A stretch of DNA of 64,000 bases from Planctomycetota bacterium. Lineage in GTDB: Bacteria > Planctomycetota > JAJSAM01. The stretch covers positions 47,048 to 111,047 of the forward strand of contig JAJSAM010000026.1 of assembly GCA_024274785.1 (NCBI GenBank). The letters are read 5' to 3'. A program made the translations under genes and the position numbers. The notes beneath the pieces are model-generated. The model was given only the letters and a program-made list of their open reading frames with translations. It was not told the origin of the DNA and did not search any database. Below are positions 37,609-46,621 of this stretch, in pieces; positions within the stretch are counted from its first letter, which is position 1; each line of letters opens with the position of its first letter.

Positions 37609-37854
37609 GGAAGCCTCCGGGGTGGTGACCTGGGGGCCCATTCTTGCCCCGAAACGGCCCGGTTTCGAGGGTATTCCTGGCATAATTCGGACACTTATGT
37701 CAAGATTAGCTTCGATACCGAGAGAGCCTGGCCCGCAGCGGGCCGAAAAAGTTGGTTGCCGGAAGTGGCCCCCACTAGGATGTTCGCTTCACCCCCGGCG
37801 ACCGGATCTCCCTGCTTGCAGTCCGGTCCCTAACCACCAATGAGGACGGCTCTT

Positions 37855-38238
37855 ATGGGTGCAGAGCTAAACGACTATCTACCTGTCCTCCTCACGATTC
37901 TCATCGCGGGAGGCCTTGCCGGCGCGTTCATCGTCCTTTCGGCGGTGATCGGCAAGAGGGCGAGGAATGCCAGTCCCCGTCGCGACACCCCCTACGAGTG
38001 CGGCATGCCCATCATCACCGATGCGCATTCCCGCTTCTCGGTGAAGTTCTACCTCGTGGCGATGCTGTTCATCCTGTTCGACATCGAGGTGGTCTTCCTT
38101 TACCCCTGGGCGGTGGTCTTCGACGACCTGCCGGCGACCCTGATCTTCACGGAGATGGCCGTATTCATCGTCATCCTGCTCGCGGGATGGCTCTTCATGG
38201 TGAAGAAAGGAGTCCTCCGATGGGAGAAGGCGGAGTGA
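37855..38238 (+). CDS. nuoA: NADH-quinone oxidoreductase subunit A.
   Basis: LNDYLPVLL...YECG...FLYPW motifs. An alternative ATG lies at 37840. Confidence 0.85.
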   Translation: MGAELNDYLPVLLTILIAGGLAGAFIVLSAVIGKRARNASPRRDTPYECGMPIITDAHSRFSVKFYLVAMLFILFDIEVVFLYPWAVVFDDLPATLIFTEMAVFIVILLAGWLFMVKKGVLRWEKAE

Positions 38239-38759
38239 CGAAGACGACGATCAAGGACGTGAGCGTTTCCGGGCCGGCCCAGGAGGGCGGGTTCATCATG
38301 ACGACCGTGGATGCGGTGATCAACTGGGGCCGCAAGAACTCCATCTGGCCGTTGCCGATGGGGCTCTCCTGCTGCGCCATCGAGTTCATGGCCACCGCAT
38401 CCTCCCGGTTCGACATGGCGCGGTTCGGCGCTGAAGTCGCGCGCTTTTCCCCCCGCCAGGCCGACCTCATGCTGGTGGCCGGAACGATGACCTACAAGAT
38501 GTCCGGCGCGGTGAAGCTGCTCTGGGAGCAGATGGCCGAGCCGAAGTGGTGTATCTCGATGGGCGCCTGTGCCAGCACCGGCGGCATGTTCCGGTCGTAC
38601 CCGGTGGTGCAGGGGATCGACCAGATCCTGCCCGTGGACTTCTACATCCCCGGCTGCCCGCCTCGGCCGGAGATGGTGCTGAATACCCTGATGCAGTTGC
38701 AGAAGAAGATCTCGAGGGAGCAGCCCCACCTGGACTCGCTGCCCCTGTTTTCGAAGTAG
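38220..38759 (+). CDS. nuoB: NADH-quinone oxidoreductase subunit B.
   Basis: Motifs GLSCCAIE and GACASTGG, then CPPRPE. The start has an AAAGGAG Shine-Dalgarno. Confidence 0.9.
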   Translation: MGEGGVTKTTIKDVSVSGPAQEGGFIMTTVDAVINWGRKNSIWPLPMGLSCCAIEFMATASSRFDMARFGAEVARFSPRQADLMLVAGTMTYKMSGAVKLLWEQMAEPKWCISMGACASTGGMFRSYPVVQGIDQILPVDFYIPGCPPRPEMVLNTLMQLQKKISREQPHLDSLPLFSK

Positions 38760-38814
38760 ACCGGTTGACCGGGCGGGAAGGGCGAGTCGGGACGAACCTG
38801 GTGACGAGGAATCG

Positions 38815-39348
38815 ATGGCTGAGGAAAAAGTGAACAAGGGAGTCGCCCTGGTGATGGAGAAGTTCGCGGATGCGGTGGTTTCGCAGCGCGAGTTTCACGG
38901 CCAGGAGTGGGTGACCGTCAAGGCCTCCGCGGTGCATGACATCGCGAAAGCCCTGCGCGACGAGGCCGGATTCGATTTGCTCGAGGATCTGACCGCTGCC
39001 GACTACCTGGACCGGCCCGAGGTCGAGGGGCGTTTCCGGGTCGTCTACCACTTCCTGGCGGTCTCCCGGGCGGAGCTTCTCCGCCTGAAGGCACTGGTGC
39101 CCGACGATACCGTCGAGGTACCGACGCTCTCGGACCTCTACCCCGGAGCCGACTGGATGGAGCGGGAGGTCTACGACATGTTCGGCATCCGCTTCACGGA
39201 TCACCCGGATCTCCGGCGCATGCTGATGCCGGAGGACTGGGAGGGCCACCCCTGCCGGCGCGACTACGATGTCAGGGGGCCGATCCCGATCGAGGATCCG
39301 ATGCGCGAGGGTGACTTCGAGCGAAAGGTCGCCGCGGACCCGTCCTAG
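38815..39348 (+). CDS. nuoC: NADH-quinone oxidoreductase subunit C (30 kDa), encoded separately from D.
   Basis: The sequence block EREVYDMFGIRFTDHPDLRRM is typical of the NuoC family. Confidence 0.85.
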   Translation: MAEEKVNKGVALVMEKFADAVVSQREFHGQEWVTVKASAVHDIAKALRDEAGFDLLEDLTAADYLDRPEVEGRFRVVYHFLAVSRAELLRLKALVPDDTVEVPTLSDLYPGADWMEREVYDMFGIRFTDHPDLRRMLMPEDWEGHPCRRDYDVRGPIPIEDPMREGDFERKVAADPS

Positions 39349-39370
39349 GGACGCGAGCGAGGAGCAGGAA

Positions 39371-40618
39371 ATGGCGGAAGAGAAGACGATCGAAGCTGCG
39401 ATCCCGGAGGCCGACGAGGACGTCCTGGCTTTCGAGCAACAGGTCGATATCGAAGACCACATGGTCCTCAATATGGGCCCGTCGCACCCCTCCACGCACG
39501 GTGTCCTCCTGATCATCCTCACCCTCGCCGGTGAGGAGGTCATCAAGGCCGAGCCCGACCTCGGATACCTGCACCGTGGGATGGAGAAGATCGCCGAGGG
39601 GCATGGCTACCACAAGTTCATCCCCTATACCGACCGGTGGGACTACCTCGCCCCGATCGCGAACAACATGACCTACGTCACCGCCATCGAGCGGCTGATG
39701 GGCGTGCAGGCCCCCGAGCGGGCCGAGGCGCTCCGGGTCATCTGCTGGGAGATCGGGCGGATCCAGAGCCACCTGCTCGGTCTCGGCGCGTTCGCCATGG
39801 ACATCGGGGCACTGACGATCTTTCTGTGGACCTTCCGCGAGCGGGAGCTTCTCTACGACCTGATCGAGCGGCTCTGCGGCGCGCGGTTCACGACGAGTTA
39901 CGCCCGCATCGGCGGGGTGGACCGTGATCCGCCGGCGGACTGGCTTCGGGACCTCAAGGCCTTCTGCACGGAGTTCCCGGATCGCATCGACGAGTACGAA
40001 CTGCTCCTCACCCGGAACCGCATCTGGGTGGATCGGAACCAGGGCGTCGGGGTGATCAGCAGGGAGGATGCGCTGGCCTACGGACTCACCGGGCCGATCC
40101 TTCGCGGCAGCGGCGTCGAGTACGACCTCCGCAAGGAAGAGCCGTATGCCGGTTACGAAAAGTACGAGTTCGACGTTCCGATCGGCAAGCACGGCGACTG
40201 CTATGATCGCTACCTCTGTCGCGTCGAGGAGATGCGGCAGTCGGCGAAGATCATCCTGCAGGCCATCGAGGGACTGCCCGAGGGGCCGGTCATCCTCGAC
40301 GACTACAAGTCCTCCATCCCCGAGAAACAGGGCGTTCTGACGGGCATGGAGCAGCTCATTCACCAGTTCATCGTCATCACCGAGGGGCCGAAGGCCGCGA
40401 AGGGTGGCGAGTACTATTTCCGGGCGGAGAACCCCAAGGGAACGCTGGGCATCTACGCCGTCGGGGACGGGACGAACCATCCTCAGCGGCTGCGGATCCG
40501 GGGGCCCTCCTTCATGAACCTGTCGATCCTTCCGAAGCTCCTGCCGGGGCATATGCTCGCCGACGTGGTGGCTATTCTCGGCTCGTTCGACTTCGTGATG
40601 GGTGAGGCCGACCGGTAG
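39371..40618 (+). CDS. nuoD: NADH-quinone oxidoreductase subunit D (49 kDa).
   Basis: NMGPSHPSTHGVL, GYLHRGMEK and a C-terminal RIRGPSF block. Confidence 0.9.
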   Translation: MAEEKTIEAAIPEADEDVLAFEQQVDIEDHMVLNMGPSHPSTHGVLLIILTLAGEEVIKAEPDLGYLHRGMEKIAEGHGYHKFIPYTDRWDYLAPIANNMTYVTAIERLMGVQAPERAEALRVICWEIGRIQSHLLGLGAFAMDIGALTIFLWTFRERELLYDLIERLCGARFTTSYARIGGVDRDPPADWLRDLKAFCTEFPDRIDEYELLLTRNRIWVDRNQGVGVISREDALAYGLTGPILRGSGVEYDLRKEEPYAGYEKYEFDVPIGKHGDCYDRYLCRVEEMRQSAKIILQAIEGLPEGPVILDDYKSSIPEKQGVLTGMEQLIHQFIVITEGPKAAKGGEYYFRAENPKGTLGIYAVGDGTNHPQRLRIRGPSFMNLSILPKLLPGHMLADVVAILGSFDFVMGEADR

Positions 40619-40651
40619 CGGATCAAGACTTTCTCATTGAGGGCGATTGAG

Positions 40652-41146
40652 ATGGCAGAGGGAAACGGGGTTTTCCCGCCGGATAATCTGAAAGCCGAAT
40701 TCGACGGGATCGTGGCGCGATACCCGAAGAAGACCGCGGCGCTCATCCCGATCCTGATGAGGCTCCAGGAGGAGTTTCAGCACATCACGACCGAGGACAT
40801 GGACGGCCTGGCGGCGTATCTCGATACGACGCCCGCCCACGTGCTCGGGGTGGTGACCTTCTACACGATGTTCTCCCAGAAGAAGCGGGGGAAGCATCAC
40901 ATCTACCTCTGCAAGACGCTCTCCTGCCACATCCGGGGTGCGGAGGAGTTGCTCTCCCTCTTCGAAGAGAAGCTCGGAGTGAAGGCTCACTCCGGCGACG
41001 CCTCCGGGGACGGCGAGTTCTCCATCGACACCGGAGAGTGCCTGGGGCTCTGCGAGCAGGCGCCGTGCGTGCTGGTGGATGACCAGGCGATCGGGAACAT
41101 CACCCCGGAGATGGTGGATCAGATCATCGAGGAGCTTCGAGGATGA
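40652..41146 (+). CDS. nuoE: NADH-quinone oxidoreductase subunit E (24 kDa, 2Fe-2S).
   Basis: CKTLSCHIRG...GECLGLCEQAP cysteine pattern. Confidence 0.85.
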   Translation: MAEGNGVFPPDNLKAEFDGIVARYPKKTAALIPILMRLQEEFQHITTEDMDGLAAYLDTTPAHVLGVVTFYTMFSQKKRGKHHIYLCKTLSCHIRGAEELLSLFEEKLGVKAHSGDASGDGEFSIDTGECLGLCEQAPCVLVDDQAIGNITPEMVDQIIEELRG

Positions 41147-42426
41147 GCCTCAAGCCGACGAATATCCTCCTGAGGGGCATGGAGAAAGAGAGCTCCGCCA
41201 CCATCGAGAACTACATCTCCGAGGATGGCTACAAAGCGCTCGAGAAGGCTCTGAAGGAGATGAAGCCGGAGGAGATCGTCGCGGAGGTGGCCAAAGCCCG
41301 GATCCGGGGGCGCGGAGGGGCGGGATTCGAAGCCGGCCGCAAGTGGGGCTTTCTGCCGAAGGGCGTCGACAAGCCGGTCTACCTGGCCTGCAACGCCGAC
41401 GAATCCGAGCCGGGCACCTTCAAGGACCGGCACATCATGGAGCACTGCCCCCACCGCCTGCTCGAGGGCTGCCTGCTCGCCTGCTACGCCATCGGCAGCA
41501 AGACCGGTTACATCTACGTCCGCGGCGAGTTCCCGGGGGCGCAGCAGTCGCTGTGGCGCGCCATCGACGAGGCCCATGAGAAGGGCTACATGGGCGAGAA
41601 GATCCTCGGCACCGACTTCTCCTGCGAGATCTACGTCCACACCGGCGCCGGCGCCTACGTCTGCGGTGAAGAGACCGGCATGCTGAGTTCCATCGAGGGC
41701 GGTCGCGGCCACCCCCGGCTCAAGCCGCCGTTCCCGGCCGTCGAGGGGCTGTTCCGCTGCCCGACGATCGTGAACAACGTGGAGACGCTCAGTAACGTCC
41801 CGTTCGTCATTCACGAGGGGGCCGACGCGTTCCTGGCGCTCGGGACCGACGATACGCCCGGCCCGAAGCTGTTTTGCGTTTCCGGCCACGTCGAGAAGCC
41901 CGGCTGCTACGAGTTCGAAGCCGGCGCGAACCTGAAGGAACTGCTCGAGCACTGCGGCGGCGTCTGGAAAGGCCGGAAGCTGAAGGGCATCATCCCCGGC
42001 GGGGCCTCGGCCCACATTCTGAAGCCCGACGAGATCGATGTCTCGATGGACTTCGGGAGCATGGCCCGGGCGGGTTCCATTCTCGGATCCGCCGGGATGA
42101 TCGTTTTGGACGAGACGACCTGCATCGTCGAACTGCTCCGGAACGCTCTGGAGTTCTTCGCCCACGAGTCCTGCGGCCAGTGCACACCCTGCCGCGAGGG
42201 CACCGGCTGGGCGAAGAAGATCGTCACGCGTATCGAAGCGGGCGAAGGGACGATGGAGGACATCGACAAGCTCTGGGAGGTGGCGGATAACTTCGAGGGT
42301 ATGGGTGGAAAGACCATCTGCGCCCTCGCCGATGCCGCGGCCTGGCCCACGAAGTCATACGTCGAGAAGTTCCGTGACGAGTTTGAGGAGCACGTGCGGC
42401 TCGGTCGCTGCCCCATGAAGGGGTGA
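41143..42426 (+). CDS. nuoF: NADH-quinone oxidoreductase subunit F (51 kDa, FMN and NADH binding, 4Fe-4S).
   Basis: GRGGAGF and ESEPGTFKDR motifs. The 4Fe-4S motif is CGQCTPCREG. The start forms an ATGA overlap with nuoE. Confidence 0.9.
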   Translation: MSLKPTNILLRGMEKESSATIENYISEDGYKALEKALKEMKPEEIVAEVAKARIRGRGGAGFEAGRKWGFLPKGVDKPVYLACNADESEPGTFKDRHIMEHCPHRLLEGCLLACYAIGSKTGYIYVRGEFPGAQQSLWRAIDEAHEKGYMGEKILGTDFSCEIYVHTGAGAYVCGEETGMLSSIEGGRGHPRLKPPFPAVEGLFRCPTIVNNVETLSNVPFVIHEGADAFLALGTDDTPGPKLFCVSGHVEKPGCYEFEAGANLKELLEHCGGVWKGRKLKGIIPGGASAHILKPDEIDVSMDFGSMARAGSILGSAGMIVLDETTCIVELLRNALEFFAHESCGQCTPCREGTGWAKKIVTRIEAGEGTMEDIDKLWEVADNFEGMGGKTICALADAAAWPTKSYVEKFRDEFEEHVRLGRCPMKG

Positions 42427-42448
42427 GTGCCGATCGCGGAGTGAACAT

Positions 42449-44017
42449 ATGCCGACGCTGACGATTGACGGCAGGGAAATCACCGTCGACCCGGGTACGA
42501 CTGTCATCCAGGCGGCCGAGGAGCTCGGGATCTACATCCCGCGCTACTGCTGGCACCCCGGTTTGAAGATCGCCGGGAACTGCCGGATCTGCCAGGTCGA
42601 GGTGGTGAACCCGAAGCTCAAGTTCCCGTGCACGATCGCCTGCAACCTGATGTGCGGCGACGGTATGGTGATCGAGACGGACTCCGACGAGGCGAAGAAG
42701 GCCCGCGCCGATGTCATGGAGTTTCTGCTGATCAACCATCCGCTCGACTGCCCGATCTGCGACCAGGCCGGGGAGTGCACCCTGCAGGAGTTCTCGTACG
42801 AATACGGCCACGACAAGAGCCGGTTCACCGAAGAGAAGGTGCACAAGTCAAAGCGCGTCCAGTTCTCCGACCAGGTGAGCTTCGACGGCGAGCGCTGCAT
42901 CCTCTGCACCCGCTGCGTCCGGTTCTGCCGGGATGTCGTCGGGAACGAGGAACTCTGCCTCGTCGAGCGCGGCGATCATGAGGAGATCGCCGTGGCGAAC
43001 GGCGGGGGGCTGACGAACCCCTACTCGATGAACGTCATCGACCTCTGCCCGGTGGGAGCGCTGACCTCTTCCGACTTCCGGTTCAAGAGCCGGGTGTGGT
43101 TCCTCGAGGAGACCCCCTCGGCCTGCACCTCGTGCGCCCGCAACTGCGCGGTGGATATCGGCACCCGCTGGGACAAGGTCATGCGGCTCAAGCCCCGCGA
43201 GAACGAGCACGTCAACAAGTGGTGGATGTGCGACGAGGGGCGGCTCAACTACCATTACGTCAACGCCGCCGACCGCCTGGGCTACGCCTACGTGCAGCAG
43301 GGCGGAAAACTCGTCCGCACGAGCGTCGACGATGCTGTGGCGATGGCCCACGAACTCATCGGCAAACTGCCCGCGGAGAAGCTCTACGGCCTCATCTCCG
43401 CGAGGCTCACCAACGAGGAGATCTTCCTCGCCAAGCGCTACCTCGATCAGGTCGCCGGCGCTGCCGGGGTCGGGTTCCTTCCGAGGATCGGCGAGGGCGA
43501 CGACTTCCTCATCAGTGCCGACCGGAACCCCAACGCCCGGGGGGCGGGCCTTATCGGCGTGAGCGCCGCGAAGGGGCTCGCCGCGGACATCAAGGCCGGC
43601 AAGGTCAAGGGGCTGGTGATCTTCGGCGACAGCTTCGATCACGACGAGGAACTGATGGGGGCGCTCGCCGACCTCGACTTTTTGGTGGTGATGGACTACC
43701 GCCTGTCGGAGACCGCGAAGCAGGCCGACGTGATCCTGCCGGGCGTGACGTTCGCGGAGAAGGAAGGCTCGATCACCAACATCGACGGCTGGGTCAGCAA
43801 GTTGAATCCGGCCTTGCCGCCACCCGCCGAAGCGCGCCGGAACCTCGACCTGCTGGCCGGGCTCCTCGGCAGGGCGGGCCAGGACGTACCCGATACCGCC
43901 GAGGGCGTTTTCCGGCTGCTGGCCGAGACCGTTTCGGCGTTCACTGATATCTCGTACGGGGAGATCTTCGCAGCTTCCCGTCAGGTGGCCACGGATGCCG
44001 TGGTCAAGGCCGACTGA
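42449..44017 (+). CDS. nuoG: NADH-quinone oxidoreductase subunit G. This is a short 522-aa form with only the iron-sulfur domains and a reduced molybdopterin-like region.
   Basis: N-terminal 2Fe-2S ferredoxin domain (CWHPGLKIAGNCRIC). CPICDQAGEC and CILCTRCVRFC motifs. Confidence 0.85.
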   Translation: MPTLTIDGREITVDPGTTVIQAAEELGIYIPRYCWHPGLKIAGNCRICQVEVVNPKLKFPCTIACNLMCGDGMVIETDSDEAKKARADVMEFLLINHPLDCPICDQAGECTLQEFSYEYGHDKSRFTEEKVHKSKRVQFSDQVSFDGERCILCTRCVRFCRDVVGNEELCLVERGDHEEIAVANGGGLTNPYSMNVIDLCPVGALTSSDFRFKSRVWFLEETPSACTSCARNCAVDIGTRWDKVMRLKPRENEHVNKWWMCDEGRLNYHYVNAADRLGYAYVQQGGKLVRTSVDDAVAMAHELIGKLPAEKLYGLISARLTNEEIFLAKRYLDQVAGAAGVGFLPRIGEGDDFLISADRNPNARGAGLIGVSAAKGLAADIKAGKVKGLVIFGDSFDHDEELMGALADLDFLVVMDYRLSETAKQADVILPGVTFAEKEGSITNIDGWVSKLNPALPPPAEARRNLDLLAGLLGRAGQDVPDTAEGVFRLLAETVSAFTDISYGEIFAASRQVATDAVVKAD

Positions 44018-44038
44018 AGTCTAAAGGGACACTGACTT

Positions 44039-45088
44039 ATGGACTTCTGGATCGACGACATAGGCTGGCCCTTCATCAAGATCTTCATCATCGCCAATGT
44101 GGCGCTGATGATGGTCGCGCTCCTCGTCTGGGCGGAACGGCGCGTCGCCGCGCTGATCCAGGACCGGCTCGGTCCGAACCGGGTCGGCCCCCTGGGGTTG
44201 CTCCAGCCGGTGGCCGACGTGATCAAGCTCTTCCTGAAGGAAGACCTGACGCCGGGGCACGTGAACAGGCCCTTCTTCATCATTGCCCCCGCGCTGACCA
44301 TGATGCCCGCTATCATCAGCCTGGCGGTGATCCCGTTCGGCGCGAGCCTGATCATCGCCGACCTCGACATCGGGATCCTGTTCATCTTCGCGATCAGCTC
44401 GCTCGCGGTCTACGGCATCACGATCGGCGGCTGGGCCAGCAACTCGAAGTACTCGCTGCTTGGTGGGATCCGTTCCACGGCGCAGATGATCTCCTACGAG
44501 ATCTGCCTCGGTCTTTCCGTGATCGGCGTGTTCATGCTGTCGAAGAGTCTTCGGCTGCAGGACGTCGTCCTGATGCAGGGTGACGGGATCTGGCTCTTCG
44601 GTGAGCACTACACCGGGATCATGGGCAAGATCCTCGACTGGAATATCTTCAAGCAGCCGATCGGCTTCATCCTGTTCATGATCGCCGGTTTTGCCGAGAC
44701 CAACCGTACGCCGTTCGACCTCGCGGAAGCCGAACAGGAGCTGGCGGCGGGGTTCCACACCGAGTTCTCGTCCATGAAGTTCGCGTTGTACTTCCTCGGC
44801 GAGTACGCGGCGATGATCTCGATCGGCGCCATCACCGTGACCCTCTACCTGGGTGGCTGGACGTTCTTCGGCCTGGAGAACCTCGGCGGTTCGTTCTCCT
44901 GGCTCACCCAGATCCTGATCTTTGCCGTGAAGCTCCTGGCGCTGCAGTTCTTCTTCATCTGGGTGCGCTGGACGATCCCGAGGTTTCGATACGATCAGCT
45001 CATGCGGCTCGGCTGGCAGGTTCTCCTGCCGATCGGGCTCGCGAACATCCTGCTGACGGGCGTTCTCAAGCTGATCTTCAAGGTGTGA
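44039..45088 (+). CDS. nuoH: NADH-quinone oxidoreductase subunit H.
   Basis: ADRKVAALIQDRLGPNRVGPLGLLQP is the typical NuoH/ND1 N-terminus. About 8 helices. Confidence 0.9.
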   Translation: MDFWIDDIGWPFIKIFIIANVALMMVALLVWAERRVAALIQDRLGPNRVGPLGLLQPVADVIKLFLKEDLTPGHVNRPFFIIAPALTMMPAIISLAVIPFGASLIIADLDIGILFIFAISSLAVYGITIGGWASNSKYSLLGGIRSTAQMISYEICLGLSVIGVFMLSKSLRLQDVVLMQGDGIWLFGEHYTGIMGKILDWNIFKQPIGFILFMIAGFAETNRTPFDLAEAEQELAAGFHTEFSSMKFALYFLGEYAAMISIGAITVTLYLGGWTFFGLENLGGSFSWLTQILIFAVKLLALQFFFIWVRWTIPRFRYDQLMRLGWQVLLPIGLANILLTGVLKLIFKV

Positions 45089-45089
45089 T

Positions 45090-45629
45090 ATGGCTTACAA
45101 GCTCGTAGAAAGGCCGGACCTGACGCTCGCCGAGAGACTCTACCTCCCGGCGGTGATGAAGGGCTTGTCGCTGACGCTCAAGTACTTTTTCAAGCGGAAG
45201 AAGTTCACCCGGGAGTACCCCGAAGAGCCGACCACGGTTCCCGAGGGTTACCGCGGGCTGCCGGCCCTGGTTACGGACGACGAGGGGCGGACGAAGTGCG
45301 TGGCATGCTCGATGTGCGAATGGGTCTGCCCCCCGGAGGCCATTCGGATCATCCCCGGTTCCCTCGAGGAGGGCAACCCGGTGGAGAAGGGGCCGAAGGA
45401 GTTCACCCTCGACACTCTGAGGTGCATCTTCTGCGGACTCTGTGAGGAAGCCTGCCCCGAAGAGGCGATCTTCCTCACCGATCAGTACGAGTTCTGCGGG
45501 GAGTCGCGCGAGGAGATGATCTTTACGATGGACAAACTCCTCGAGATCGGTGGTACCCGGATCAAGGGTGTGAAGAAGTGGAAGAAGGAGTCGGATGCCG
45601 GCTTCCACAACAAAGGTCCGATCAGATAG
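45090..45629 (+). CDS. nuoI: NADH-quinone oxidoreductase subunit I (two 4Fe-4S clusters).
   Basis: CVACSMCEWVCP and CIFCGLCEEACP motifs. Confidence 0.9.
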   Translation: MAYKLVERPDLTLAERLYLPAVMKGLSLTLKYFFKRKKFTREYPEEPTTVPEGYRGLPALVTDDEGRTKCVACSMCEWVCPPEAIRIIPGSLEEGNPVEKGPKEFTLDTLRCIFCGLCEEACPEEAIFLTDQYEFCGESREEMIFTMDKLLEIGGTRIKGVKKWKKESDAGFHNKGPIR

Positions 45630-45715
45630 ACGCGGTGCTCCCGGTGCGGAACCGGGCTCCGCGGGAACATCAGTGGCAGTAAGGGCAAGGACCGGCCGCC
45701 TATTGCGGCCAACCA

Positions 45716-46300
45716 GTGCATGAACCAGACATGGTGGGCGGGCTCATGGAACCCATCTTTCACGATCTGCTGGCGGCGGGTGGAGGTCACGCGGTGGCCT
45801 TCTACGCTTGCTCTGCAGTGACGATCGCAGCGGCCATTCTGATGGTCATGAAGAAGAACCCCGTGGCGAGCGTGATGTGGCTCGTCCTGTCCTTCATCGG
45901 ACTCGCGGGAATCTACGTGACGCTGCAGAGCTACTTCATCGCCGTGATTCAGGTGCTGGTGTACGCGGGCGCGATCATGGTGCTCTTCCTCTTTGTGATC
46001 ATGCTGCTGAACCTGCGGCGTGAGGATATTGCGAAGATGGAATTGCCGAAGGTCCCGTTTGCGGGAGTGATTGCCGCGATCCTCTTCTTCGTTTCGGTGT
46101 TCCTCGTCATCAAGGCGAGCACACCCGCATTCGAGAAGCCGGTCGACGCGCTCCTCGGGGAACCGGCCCTGGCCGGCGACTCGGTGAGGGCTATCGGCAT
46201 TCCACTGTTTTCGCAGTGGCTGCTGCCGTTTGAGATCACGAGCGTTCTACTCCTGGCCGCCATCGTCGGCGCGGTGGCCCTGACGAAGAAGAAGCTCTAG
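45716..46300 (+). CDS. nuoJ: NADH-quinone oxidoreductase subunit J.
   Basis: The hydrophobic helices and length match NuoJ. The start is uncertain, with an alternative ATG at 45743. Confidence 0.8.
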   Translation: MHEPDMVGGLMEPIFHDLLAAGGGHAVAFYACSAVTIAAAILMVMKKNPVASVMWLVLSFIGLAGIYVTLQSYFIAVIQVLVYAGAIMVLFLFVIMLLNLRREDIAKMELPKVPFAGVIAAILFFVSVFLVIKASTPAFEKPVDALLGEPALAGDSVRAIGIPLFSQWLLPFEITSVLLLAAIVGAVALTKKKL

Positions 46301-46306
46301 GGGGCC

Positions 46307-46615
46307 ATGATGGAAATCCACATAGCTCACTACCTGATCGTGGCCGGGATCCTGTTTTCGATCGGCCTCGTGGGTGTGGTGGTTCGGCGGAACGCCATCG
46401 TCGTGCTCATGTGCCTCGAGTTGATGCTGAACGCGGCGAACCTGGTGTTCGTGGCGTTCGCCAGGATGCACGGAAACATGCAGGGCCGGATTTTCGTGTT
46501 CTTCGCCATCACGGTGGCGGCGGCGGAGGCGGCGGTGATGCTTGCGATCATCATCGCGGTCTACCGACAACGCGAGACCGTGAATACTGACGACATGGAC
46601 ATCATGCAGGGATAG
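46307..46615 (+). CDS. nuoK: NADH-quinone oxidoreductase subunit K.
   Basis: A 102-aa protein with three helices. The sequence LMCLELMLNAANL is the NuoK signature. Confidence 0.85.
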   Translation: MMEIHIAHYLIVAGILFSIGLVGVVVRRNAIVVLMCLELMLNAANLVFVAFARMHGNMQGRIFVFFAITVAAAEAAVMLAIIIAVYRQRETVNTDDMDIMQG

Positions 46616-46621
46616 ACCGCA

